Source: Nageia nagi
Taxonomy: Eukaryota; Plantae; Pinophyta
DNA: 64,000 bases
Reading direction: 5' to 3'
Assembly (NCBI GenBank): GCA_050084985.1
Contig: JBITNC010000001.1
Location: 154,566,001 to 154,630,000 of the forward strand
Shown in pieces: positions 1 to 11,179 of the stretch. The stretch's first letter is position 1; each line of letters begins with the position of its first letter. The position numbers were made by a program, and so were the translations under genes. The notes under the pieces are model-generated. The model was not told the DNA's origin, searched no databases, and saw nothing but the letters and a program-made list of their open reading frames with translations.

Positions 1-50
<50 letters not shown>
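1..50. repeat. (TA)n microsatellite, truncated by the window edge
   Basis: 25 perfect TA units at positions 1-50. Confidence 0.98.
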
Positions 51-52
<2 letters not shown>

Positions 53-1190
53 GTATTGTAACTCTTCTTGAAAACTTACTAATTTTATTCCCTCTATTTT
101 TTTTTAAATACAATAATTATTTAAAGTGTTCTACATGTCTAGTGGTTATATTAATGTTAAATGTATTGATTCCTATTGTTGCAAGTAGTAAGAGTGGATA
201 ATGTTCTATATATGAAGTTATTTTAAGTAATTTAAAAATTGCATCAATAAGATAAGATTTTATTGTCCTTGATGTTCCTTGTTCCTTGTATTATCATACA
301 TAGAGGAGGTGCATTTTAACCTTCATTATAGTGTTCTTTAATTATATCAAAATGTTTTTTCTATTTCATGCTTAAGATTTCATATGGGTAATTAGAAATG
401 GTATCGTTTGGAATGAGCAAACCATTTTCCTTCATAAAGGATATATGTTGTATAATTTTTTTATGCAATCTTCTTCTTAATATTCTATATCCTATGGTGC
501 AAGTCTATCAATATCCATTATTCTAAATATTTCACTTACTTACATGAGTTACTACAATATAGTTTAGATATTATTTTCCATTCATGTTTAGTTGTATTTT
601 GTTTTATTCTTAAGTCATCATCTTTAGAATTATTGTAATGTTCTTCTATATTATTTGGCCTACTTATCCTCTCAAAGCATCATGAGTTATAATTGAATGG
701 CTCCCAATTTGAGATGATTTTATCATCATTAAACCTTATATCTTTCTCTCTATATTTTTGAATAACTTGTAAAGTCATAAATATGACCAAAAAAACTCAA
801 CAATTTTCTTTTTATTGTCATTCAAGAATGGTGTTAAATTGTGGAAATACCCTTACAATTTAGATACTTCCTTTTTGGCACTCCATTTTAAAAGACTTTT
901 TCTCTTAGAATTAAATATCCATGATTTTGTTGCATCTATAAGTGAAATGCTTTCTATATTATAAGGTCATTGAATGTATTTATTAATTAAATATTTCCCT
1001 TCACTTTTGGTTTCATCTTCATCATTACATCCCACCTACTTAAATACTTTTTGTTCAACATTTAGAGGAAAACATACTCAAATGTATTCAATCAATGGAA
1101 GCTTTAATAACATATGAAATGTCTCTTGTGCTCCTATATGATCTCTTTCAATAGGTGTTTCTATTAGAAAATATTTATAAATGCATCAAA
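51..1190 (-). mobile_element. Degenerate Helitron-type Rep/PIF1-helicase coding fragment (copy A)
   Basis: Manual minus-strand translation gives ERDHIGAQETFHMLLKLPL (~1100-1155), a Helitron RepHel linker motif of the R-I-x-A-Q-E type. It also gives PLCMIIQGT..KSYLIDAI (decayed Walker A, ~240-310) followed by LLLLATIGINTFNIN (motif Ia, normally LLAPTGxAAxNI). Many stops and frameshifts. Confidence 0.75.
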
Positions 1191-1503
1191 TACTCTAGAG
1201 TGTAATTTTAAATCTAGAAAGTTCACTTACTATGTTTTCAGATACTTTTAACTTATTCATAGTATTGTTAATAAAGACATGATGGAATTTGAATATCTTT
1301 ATGTAAAATTACAACTACTAAAATGGGAACTTAGAAATCCCTTTTGTAAAAAAGGTGAGGGATATTTCAAATATTGTATTTGCATTTATGACATTTTAGC
1401 TATGTTGTAAATGATGTTTTGATCTGTAACTTGGCTAATAAAGACTTAAGGATGAAGATATATAATGAAAAGTTGACGTAAATAAAATTATAGAAATAAA
1501 TAA

Positions 1504-1663
1504 ACTAGCTTAGATATGTTAGACATATATCTAAAAGTGCTAAGAGGTATCAATATCAAGGTACCTATCTTGGAAATCACACTTTCAAGAAATGAGATAG
1601 GTGCCTCAAGATTGATACCTCTCAATAGTTTTAGATATACATATCTAAGATATCTAAACTAGT
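1504..1663. repeat. 160-bp foldback / MITE-like inverted repeat (~67-bp arms, 24-bp loop)
   Basis: 1504-1570 (actagcttagatatgttagac...ggtacctatct) is the near-perfect reverse complement of 1595-1663 (agataggtgcc...tatctaaactagt). Confidence 0.85.
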
Positions 1664-2039
1664 GGCATTCATGGCTAAACTATTATTGTATTATAATAAT
1701 TTTTAATTCCATCTAAAATAATAATTAATTATAATATTACATAATTACATTGATAATAAATATTTGAAAAAAAATTAGATACCTTGACAATAGCATAAAT
1801 ACATTGAAAACAAGAACTTGTAATATATAATTGAAATATTTTAAATAAAAAAAGATATGATGTATACAAATTAAGATTTCATTGATACTAATGATTATTT
1901 TTTTAAGAAATATACATAGATTGGCTTAGGCCAATTATTTAAATTTTAGTATTTAGTCACTCTTCTTCATCTTTTCTTTTAACCACTCCTTTTCCCAATT
2001 TTAATTTTTCATAATAGTCATACAAAAATGAAGGTAATA

Positions 2040-2735
2040 TTCTAAGTTCTCCCAATGCTTTCACTTATGAGATAAAAATAAATGTTAGACCTTATCTTTC
2101 CATTTTTCCTGTATCCATTGTTGCTTTATTCAATGTTAAGCCTTGGGACTAGTGGATCATCAATCATCAAGCTAATTTTAATAGAATTTATATTATCCTT
2201 CCCTTTTCTATTAGTGTGAAAAAGCTTGAGGAAGGGATGAATCTATCTTTTCTAATAATTTCTACTTTATAAAGCTCATCTCATCAATCTAATATATATT
2301 TTATGTGTTGTAACTCTTCTTAGACACTTATTAATTTTGTTTCCACCAAATTTTCAAAATCTACAACAAGAATTCAAAGAGTTCCATGTATAAATTGGTT
2401 AAACCAATGTTAAATGTAGGGACTCCTATTGATGCAAGTAGTAAGAGTAGACAATATTCTAGATATGATAAATTTTAAGTAATTGGCAAATTTCATCAAT
2501 AAGATATTACTTTATTCTTCCTAATGTTCCTATTATAGTGGCTTACTCATTCCAAATGATACCACTTCTAATTATCCATATAAAAGCTTAAGTATGAAAT
2601 AGAAAAATGACTTTGATATAGGATAAATATTGTATTATTTGTTATGTACTCTTCTCTTTGATCTATTCTACATTATATAATGCAAATCTATAAACATTCC
2701 TTCTTCTAACTATTTCACTTACTTCCATGAGTTTT
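2040..2735 (-). mobile_element. Degenerate Helitron PIF1-helicase fragment (copy B)
   Basis: Minus strand 2045-2190 reads LKLA**LMIH*SQGLTLNKATMD...GLTFIFIS*VK (PIF1 motifs V and VI). 2295-2735 is a diverged, internally deleted paralogue of 51-550. Confidence 0.75.
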
Positions 2736-2899
2736 GTTTTAGTAAATGGTAAAAAAGAGGGTTTTTTTATAAGGTACCTAAAACCTATTTTCACAAATTT
2801 AAATTTCCAATATTTATAACTTGTATCAAAAATCATACATTTATTTGGTAGCTTATGCAACATGTCTATGTTACAAATGATAGCCAACAAAAATAAATC

Positions 2900-3780
2900 C
2901 TAACCTAATACTTTACAACAAACAATTCTAATGATCTTTCTTGAACATTCTTGGATAAACTTAGTTGTTAACGTTGAGATTTGATGTTGCTTCTCTTATC
3001 TAGTTGAGTTTGAACTTTTCTTACTTTGCTTAAATCTGAGAAGGAATTTTTAACTTAGATTTTTGAGGTAGTACCTTTTCACTCCTGAACCTTCATATAC
3101 AAGTTGTAGACTTTCTTTCAATCTTCCATATTCCTCATCCAAAAAGGGACTCCTTAGATATGATCAACTTGTGTTTGGTAGATCCAAAAGGTGACATTGA
3201 TATCTTGATTTGTATCGAACATTGAGATTCAGTTGGCTCATGCATGGAGTCCTTCATTAAAGATTTCCCCATATTATTTTATGATAGACTTTTCTTTTAA
3301 CGCAAATTTTTATGCTTCCACAGATCCTCAGATCAAACCTTAAGATCAAATTTCATTTCATCTAGGGAAAGTTTTGATTTGCTTGATAGACCACCATCAA
3401 AGCGTGAACCACAATTCACATTAACCTTCTCTTCAAATTTTTGTTGACAACACCTATCATCTTGCCCTTCAAGCTCTTGATGGGAACATCTATCATCTTC
3501 CCTTTGCAGAGAGGTCTACCTCTAATGGGGAAAGCTCTAGCCTTGCATATTATGCATATAATTTTTCTTCAAATTAACCACTTGTTGGCAACCGTAACAA
3601 CATAGAAAGATATTTTCATATTCAACTAGCTGGGACATCACCTCTATTAGAGGATAGATTAATTGATTGAGGCCAAGATTTCATTGTATCCATCTAAGCT
3701 ACTAATCTAGCTTTACTCAAATTTAGCCTCTTTTCAACATTCTCAATGGTTTAATCATCTGGTAGCAGCCAATACTGTTC
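2900..3780 (-). mobile_element. Degenerate LTR-retrotransposon gag fragment
   Basis: Minus strand ~3545-3600 reads CYGCQQVVNLKKNY, a decayed CX2CX4HX4C zinc knuckle. Boundaries are approximate. Confidence 0.4.
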
Positions 3781-4338
3781 TTAATTTTGATAAAAAATTT
3801 CTTATTTTTTGCAAATACTAGAAATTTTAAAAAAAGTTGAAACATATAAAATCGAAATATAGGTGATCAACAACTTGAAAAAGATACGTGCGTGCCGTGA
3901 TCGGATTCGTAGCGATTTTTACAAGGCGTCGAATGCTGTAATTTTAAAGCTAGAAACTTCACTTACTACGTTTCAGATACTTCAGCTTATTCATAGTATT
4001 GTAAGTAGGGATGGTAGAACCTCAAGATCTTTCTGTAAATATACAGCTAGTAAAGCCGGAATCTCCAAACCTCTTTTGTAAAAAGGTGAGGGATCTTTCA
4101 AAACTCGTATTTGTATTTACAATATTTAAGGTATGTGCAAACGATGCTTTGATAACCCACCTGGTGAAACCACCTGCACTATTTGTACAACCATACAATC
4201 TATACTCCTACTGTCTTGTTTCATTTGGAAACCCCAACTGAGCGTTGCTTACACCTTTCTCAACGACCCTCTACAATCCGAGAACTCCATTATTGTTCAC
4301 TTTAGTATTCTTTGGCTATGTAAGTCTATTCCTTCACA

Positions 4339-4425
4339 TATAATTAAGTCCGTCTCTCACTCATCGATATCCAGAGTTGCTGGAAGCCTTATCGTTAACA
4401 TATTCCTAGCAGGGAAAATGGCAAG
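4339..4425 (+). promoter_or_regulatory. Upstream duplicate of the UGT core promoter/5'UTR ending in ATGGCAAG|GTGAG
   Basis: TATAAT at 4339 and a 19-bp exact match AATTAAGTCCGTCTCTCAC (4342-4360 = 4710-4728). Downstream sequence is similar, with ATG at 4418 (79 bp from TATA versus 83 bp in the proximal copy). Confidence 0.6.
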
Positions 4426-4500
4426 GTGAGACAAAAGCTTGTGGAGGTTGCCTTCACGGAATTGCAAATAATGTATGTCGATGTGATCAACGCTACTATT

Positions 4501-4730
4501 CACGTTATAATAAAAAATACTTAATAAAACATTGGAATAACACATGCACAAATTGTAGTTTGTGGTTGAGGTGAGAGATGGAATTTGAGTAAAATACGTA
4601 GCCTGATCAGTGTAGTCCATCCACGTTCAAAACCTAACCTTCAACGCAAATGTATAATCATTCGCTATTGCTATCGTTGGCGATGTATCTCAAGCCTTAG
4701 AGACTTATAAATTAAGTCCGTCTCTCACAC
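4501..4730 (+). promoter_or_regulatory. UGT proximal promoter: T/G-boxes CACGTT (4501, 4622), AC element ACCTAAC (4632), TATA box TATAAAT (4706), pyrimidine/Inr patch
   Basis: Motifs read directly; TATA lies 83 bp upstream of the ATG. Function of the short motifs is inference only. Confidence 0.55.
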
Positions 4731-4788
4731 ATCCATATCTCGAGTCGGATTGAGGATTATAGTTTGCAGCAAATCACTGCGAAAGAGA

Positions 4789-6350
4789 ATGGCCACAGCA
4801 ACAATGGCGAACCAGGCAGATATTGATACACATACTCTGCATGCGGTGGTGGTGCCCTTTCCTGCGCAAGGTCATGTCAAGGCTCTCATCACTTTATCCG
4901 AGCTGCTTCTCACCAGAGGATTCCATTTCATCACCTTTCTCAACACCGAATGGACTCACAAACGCATTTTCGGATCTGAAGAGAATTCTTCCGGACGTGC
5001 CAATTTCCGATTTTTGGCTTTTCCAGACGGTTTGCCCGCTGCCCACAATCGCACCACCAATCTGGGCGAACTATGTGCTGCTTTGCAGCACTGTGGGCCC
5101 TTCAGTTTGGAAATGGTGCTGCGTTCTGCTGTGGAGGATCTCACAATTCCTCCCATAACATGTATCATATCCGACGCTTTCATGTCCTGCACATATTCTG
5201 TGGCTGCAAATATGGGACTGCCAAGGGTTCTCTTCTGGCCTGTGTGCGCCGCCTTCTCCATCTCAGTTAAAAACACTCATTTCCTACTTTCGGAGGGACA
5301 CATTCCAGTGAAAGGTATTATATGACACCTGCTGCATATATTTTGGCACTTTTTTTATATTTTTAATCCTCGTGAACATCATAGGAACTGATTATTATGG
5401 GTTCAGATGCCAAAAATTGTAGGGAGAAAGTGATAAGGAGTCTGCCGGGAAATATACCACCCCTATTTCCCAGCGATTTGAATTCTTTCTGTCGTGAGCA
5501 GCACGCATCCGGACTTGTGTTCAAGAGCTTTCTCTATATATCTGAAATGGTGAATAAAGGGGTTGACTACGTACTTTGCAACACCTTTGAAGAAATTGAA
5601 GGAAAAGAAGCCGCAGAGGCTCTTTCCGTGAACAGGTGTCCAGCCGTAGGTATAGGTCCTGTATTTCTGCCCGGTTTCTTACTAGGAAGAAATGAATCCG
5701 TCAAAAGCAGTATGTGGGAGGAAGATGAGAGGTGTCTGAAATGGCTTGACATGCACCCTGTGGATTCTGTTGTGTATGTTTCGTTTGGCAGTTTAGCTGT
5801 CAAGTCCCAACAGCAGTTGGAAGAAATGGCGTTGGGGCTGGAAGCAAGCGGGCAGCCGTTCCTGTGGGTACTCCGTTCAGATCTGGCTGAAGGGAAATCT
5901 GCTGTTTTGTTGGAGGGTTTTAATGAACGGACTAAGGATCGAGCGTTGTTTGTGAGTTGGGCACCCCAGCTGAAGGTGCTCTCCCACCCTTCTGTGGGAG
6001 GATTTCTGACTCACAATGGATGGAATTCCACACTAGAGAGCATTAGCATGGGAGTACCAATGTTGGGTTGGCCTTATTTTGGCGACCAATCTCTCAATTG
6101 CAGATTTGCTAAAGATGTTTGGAAGGTCGGGATGGATTTGGGTGAGTTGGACGTGGACGATGAGAGATTGGTGAGGAGGGAGGAGGTGGAGAGTGCAGTG
6201 AGGAGATTGATGCAAAGTGAGGAAGGAATGGAAGTGAGAAGAACCGTGTTGAAGGCGAAGGAGGCGGCAGCTAAGGCGGTGATGCCTGGAGGTTCTTCCT
6301 TCCAAAACTTGGACAGATTCATCCGGGATATGTGCCAAAGTACAAACTAA
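4789..6350 (+). CDS. Family-1 UDP-glycosyltransferase (plant secondary-product GT, UGT85/86-like), exons 4789-5314 and 5407-6350, 489 aa
   Basis: N-terminal HAVVVPFPAQGHV (catalytic His) and CIISDAF (catalytic Asp). SVVYVSFGS motif present. Complete 44-aa PSPG box WAPQLKVLSHPSVGGFLTHNGWNSTLESISMGVPMLGWPYFGDQ (5958-6089), then C-terminal GGSS..NL..F. A phase-1 GT-AG intron (5315-5406, AAAG|GTATTA...TTCAG|ATGCC) joins the two ORF-track ORFs in frame. Confidence 0.95.
5315..5406 (+). other. 92-bp intron of the UGT gene
   Basis: GT...AG boundaries, T-rich interior, restores the reading frame (K-D-A). Confidence 0.9.
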
Positions 6351-8519
6351 GAGTTGTCAAGATCTTTCGCTCTTGCAATCATCTCTTGTTAGTTTCAGAA
6401 CGGAGAGGATCGGATTTAAAATTTCTGAATAAAGAAATATATGACAATTGCTTTCACATGACAAATATGCAAGTTGTATGCCTGAACTAATTCTTTTACG
6501 TAAACTTATCCTTAGAAATAAGAAAGAAAGTTTATAGATCAAAAGTGGTCTATAGGAGAATTGTACGGGGAATATATGGTTGGTAGGAATTGAACATAGG
6601 ATTTAAGATGCAACAAAGTCTGCATGTAATCAATTCAAGTCACAGCGGTACAAATAAATAACAAATATAAAATAAGTCATATTCTAGTGTTAAAAAATTC
6701 AAATGTGTGTAGATTTTTACTATACGTACATGAAAGGGTTTTTGAAATTCATCTTTTTAATGATGGAGAATATTTTTGAATTGCATATTATATAAATTGA
6801 TTATGATAAAAAAGTTAAATTTTAGTTAATATTTAATTTTTTTAATATCTAAGTTTGAAAATGATAAGGGATGATGTGGGTCTTGAAAAGGTCTAGTTAA
6901 TTCAGCATTTTCTCTTTCTTTTTTTAAAATCTTTTTTACAAAGACATTAGATAAATCTACAAATTAGACAACCTTACAAGGATATTTATAATTACAATTT
7001 GATCAACAAATTTTTAAACATAAATAATCAAAACAAAGTTAGTAATTTGATTATTCATCTTAATTATGTTAGAAATAATTATTCATATATATATATTTGA
7101 ACAAATTTTATATATCCTACAATACAATGTGTTTAAAAAGATGTTAAAAGACTTGTCTTATTTATCTATAGGTTCCAGAAAGTGGACTATGCCTATTGTT
7201 AACACATACATTTTGATTTTTATTTAATTGATAATCATGTTTTAGATATATATGTAATTAAAAAATTTATTTTAGGTATATCTGTGGAATAAAATGCCTT
7301 TTTATCTTTATGGTGATAGGTGCAAGGCAGGCTAAGAAAGAAGGCTCAACTCCATGATGGAATTTAATCTGTAAAGGGAGTATGGATGGGACATTGATCA
7401 CATTGGGATATTGATAGAGAATGATACTACAGTCTATACATGATATCTCTCAACACCACCTATAGTATGAGGTTTTGTACCCATATTGTCTATTGCATTC
7501 CTTATTGATGATATTGTAGTTTAAGTTAGATAGTTTTAACAAGAAGGATTAATGAAAAACTTGAGTTTGAAGGTATTGAGATTAGAGTTGTGACATACTG
7601 TACTTGTGAGGTAAGGAGGTTTGAACTTTAGGAGTGAGTTGTCTTGATCTTATTGAACTCAAATTTGCAATATGATCCATATGGAATAAGTAAATGCTAA
7701 GTTTGTAGTTTATTCTAATTTATACTTAATGGAGCTAGAACATAAAAATATTAGGTATTTAAAATTTATCTTACAATTAACTATGTTTTTTATTCAACAC
7801 TTTATTTATTATAATTGATATTAATTAAATGAGTAAAATAAATTGAAGTATAAAAAAATTAGTGAAATTGAATCTTTTGTAATGGAACTTAATTTAAATT
7901 AGTTATGATAGGGATAAGGACCAATCTTACAATTTAAATATTTTAATATTACGGAACCTATTGATATACAAGATTTCTTGATCATGTTGGTATAGATGAT
8001 ATTAGAGTTATTATTAGAAGTAAAGAGCAAACAAATCAAAGAAACAATCGTAATGGAACTAGGGCTTACAAAGCAAGTTGAAGAGATTAAAAATAAGATA
8101 AATGATAGTAAAAGAACTAATATTCTAAAAGATTCAATCTTTTTCTCTAATGAGATTCATAATACCATCATAATACCATGGCATTTAAGTATGAAATTGA
8201 ACCAAATTTTTAGACCTGTAGTGGGGAAGGCACTACAAGAGAATCGAGCTTCAATGATAATTGATTTATGATGGCTCTATGATGGTGGCTAAATAACCAT
8301 TGTAATATAGATATTAAAGGGTGATTTTAAATTAGGACTTTAAATTGTCATCATTAAATATATTGGATGATAGATATAAATGACAGGGTTTTTCATCACC
8401 CTCATATAAAAATATTAAGATGGGTAAAAACCATTTTACAAAATTGACATTAAAAATAAAAAAGGATTTGCACATGAAAGCATTACCCCTAAAAATTTAG
8501 AGTCTCACACCCAAGCTGC

Positions 8520-8730
8520 TTATCGAGAAAATATGATGAGAGGAGAAAGGTGATAGAGATGCTACAAAATGAGGAAATAAGAGGGGCAAACCTACAAAAT
8601 GAGAAAATGAGAGATGAGAGAAGTACAAATAAGGAAAATAATGAGAGGAGTACATATAATGCAAATAACAAGAGGTGAACATACAAGGTAAATGATGAGA
8701 GGAGAATAAATGAGGCAAATAATGAGTTTC
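8520..8730. repeat. Degenerate purine-rich minisatellite (~28-30-bp units, ACAAAATGAG..AAATAAGAGG type)
   Basis: Recurring aaatga(t)gagagga / tacaaaatgag motifs. Confidence 0.55.
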
Positions 8731-8744
8731 TTTCCCATGTAATT

Positions 8745-9656
8745 GAGTAAGTGCAAGAAGATGAGTCCCACTTTAGAGGAAGTCCCATGAAAAAATATAT
8801 GAGCACAATCTACATATAATTCTTCAAAAGTTAAATAAAAAATAAATTAAAAATGATAAGTTTTATTCAAATTATGCTTGCTAGACATGAGCATTTTTTG
8901 ATACAATAATCATGGCCAATAAAAAATAAATATCCATGAAAAAAATATAAAAAATATCCTCCACAATTTTTAGTGTCTTATGTATCTTTAACTAAAAGGA
9001 TTTAAAAAAATATTTTAATTTAGGTCCAATTATACTTGATGGACATGATGGGTATGGTCCCAATATTATATTTTTTAACAATGGTTTTGTATTTGTTTAA
9101 TAACTTTTTATTTTTTTGGAATTATGAAAAAAATAACATATGTGCAAAATCTAAATACAATTCTTCATAAGATTAAAAAAAACAAATTAAAAATGATAAG
9201 TTTAGGTCAAATTATGCTTATCGAACATAAGCAATTTTCGAAATGGTAATCATAGTCAATAAAAAATAAAATATTTATGAAAAAATTATAAAAAATATCC
9301 TCCATAATCTTTAGTGTATTAGGTATCATTTTCCAAAAGGATTTTAAAATATATATTAATTTAGGTCCAATTATGCTTATCAAACACAATGGAGGTATGG
9401 TCCTAAAACTATATTTTTTAAACAATGACTTTTAAACATGCTTACCAAATATTAATTTCTATCATCTGGGTATTATAATAAATTACATATTTGAAAACTA
9501 GTTGTTGAGAATGGCATTTTTACCAAAATGATGTTTTTAAAGAATCGAAATCTAAGTGCTTCAAATTTTGAGATCAATTATGAGAAAACCTAAAAATTAA
9601 GGAAAACACTTTCACTTTTTGGCCAAAATGTGGGACTCATCTTCATGCACTTACCC
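8745..9656. mobile_element. Non-autonomous TIR DNA transposon (912 bp, 27-bp TIRs, AATT flanks) with an internal ~340-bp tandem duplication
   Basis: Left end GAGTAAGTGCAAGAAGATGAGTCCCAC (8745-8771) versus reverse complement of the right end GGGTAAGTGCATGAAGATGAGTCCCAC (9630-9656): 25/27 identical. AATT at 8741-8744 and 9657-9660. Internal ~8787-9085 resembles ~9124-9430. Confidence 0.85.
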
Positions 9657-9729
9657 AATTATGATAACAACCCTAATAGACACCCCATATGCAAAATAAA
9701 CCTACATATATTATAATTATGATTTTTTA

Positions 9730-10010
9730 TTGCATCCAATTGTGATAACAACCTTAAGAGATATGTACTCAAATATGGAAGCATTAAGAAGGCAAGTATT
9801 TTTTGTTTGACAATATATGTGATATGCAAGGAATGGTTGTAATAAGGAAGCCATCATTAAACTATTGAAAAAAGAAGCCATTAAACTATTTAAACAAATA
9901 AAATATGTGGGAATTAATCCAAATGGTACTACATTTGTTAGTATATTATCTCCATGTAGTGAAATAAGGGTATGAATACTTCAAAATCATGAATGATTAT
10001 TATTATATTA
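9730..10010 (+). pseudogene. PLS-class PPR pseudogene fragment
   Basis: Reads DMYS-(K)-GSIKKASI..FD, YARNGCNKEAI, VGINPNGTTFVSILSPCS with stops and frameshifts. Confidence 0.75.
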
Positions 10011-10449
10011 CACTATCAAAAAGACTTAAAAGAAATAGCACACCAATTAAACCTTATGCAATTAGGGTAATAGCCAAGAATCAAACTTATTTTCTAAAGC
10101 TTGCAACTCAGTTAATTATCTCTAATCTTTTAGTGATAGAATTCTATATAAACCAAGTGCTTTAAAGACATACAATAAATAAAAACCTACTACACTAAGT
10201 AACAGTCACAAATAAAGGACCATAGGGAAGAAATATCTCATTTTCCTTATTTTCAGCATTTGGAGCCATGTGATATATTATCTCACTTTATCCTAAAATA
10301 CTAGCAATAATGTTTTGTATAATATCATCCATAAACACTTCATGCATGGCATGCAATGCCTAGAAAGAATTTGTAGCTTCCTCAGTTGCATACAAACATT
10401 TTATGGAATCCCTAAACCAATAATTAAGATCTATTAAATGATTGAAACT

Positions 10450-10800
10450 CATGAGCATAATCTTATTATTCTTTTCCACTCTTTGGCTAAGTGATATCAT
10501 ATAATTTACATGCATCATTGATAATTCCAATGATGTCATCTTCTACATCATTAGTGGTGGAGCATGTGTTTGATGCATATTCACCAAATCTAGAGTGTTC
10601 TTCTCCATGTAAAGTAAACTTGGTATATGCCTTATTAATCTCATTGATAATCAAGTGGTCATAAATCTTGGAAAAAATATGAATTTTTAAATTTAAGCAC
10701 TTCTTACATAGCCATTTAGTTCTTTCAGGGCTCATTGAATTCATTATTATGAAATCCAAGAATTGTTCAATACCATAATAATAATCCTCATTAATTTTAC
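10450..10800 (-). mobile_element. CACTA/En-Spm transposase N-terminal (transposase-associated) domain fragment
   Basis: ORF 10487-10759(-) plus upstream codons: YYYGIEQFLDF...LCKKCLN...IYDHLIINEINKAYTKFTLHGE, matching the CPCxxCxN...HL...G....Y..W..HGE signature. Confidence 0.75.
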
Positions 10801-11179
10801 AAAAATACCCTTAAAAAAATTAGTTATAGGTATACAAATAGATTTGATTAACAATATAACTTTTCTTTATTCATAGAGATAATATAATTGAAATACCTAG
10901 TTTCTCACAACCAAGTTTTGCCCATGATGCTTGATAAAATATCCCCTTTTAGAACTTGTAGAGATCCTAATTCAACATGAACAAGTTAAAAATATTTGTA
11001 TTTAAATAGATCAAGCATATTTATTAATTCAATATTAATACATCATACTCTAGTTTAATATTTTAAGTTTTTAATATTTAATATTAAATTACTCAAGCTA
11101 TTGATATAAAAATTTATGTTAGGTGATCGTATTCTCTTTTGCTAGCATCTTAATTGGCATCCCACATTTTATATATGAT

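Noticed and set aside
4133-4429. ORF with CxxC...CxxC as a zinc-finger microprotein
   Set aside because: Lies in the promoter region with no other support; the Cys spacing may be chance.
4750-5325. ORF-track ORFs 4750-5325 and 5397-6350 as two separate genes or a split pseudogene
   Set aside because: They are the two exons of one UGT joined by a canonical intron; the 4750 start is a TTG.
4823-6338. Overlapping alternative-frame and antisense ORFs within the UGT
   Set aside because: Expected shadow ORFs of GC-richer coding DNA; no recognisable motifs.
7960-8350. Possible LINE/RNase H remnant around ORF 7996-8271
   Set aside because: Only a weak IDIKGDFKL-like hint; not enough motifs to support a call.
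8489-8806. Hydrophobic membrane-protein-like ORFs
   Set aside because: Artefact of the purine-rich minisatellite read on the opposite strand.
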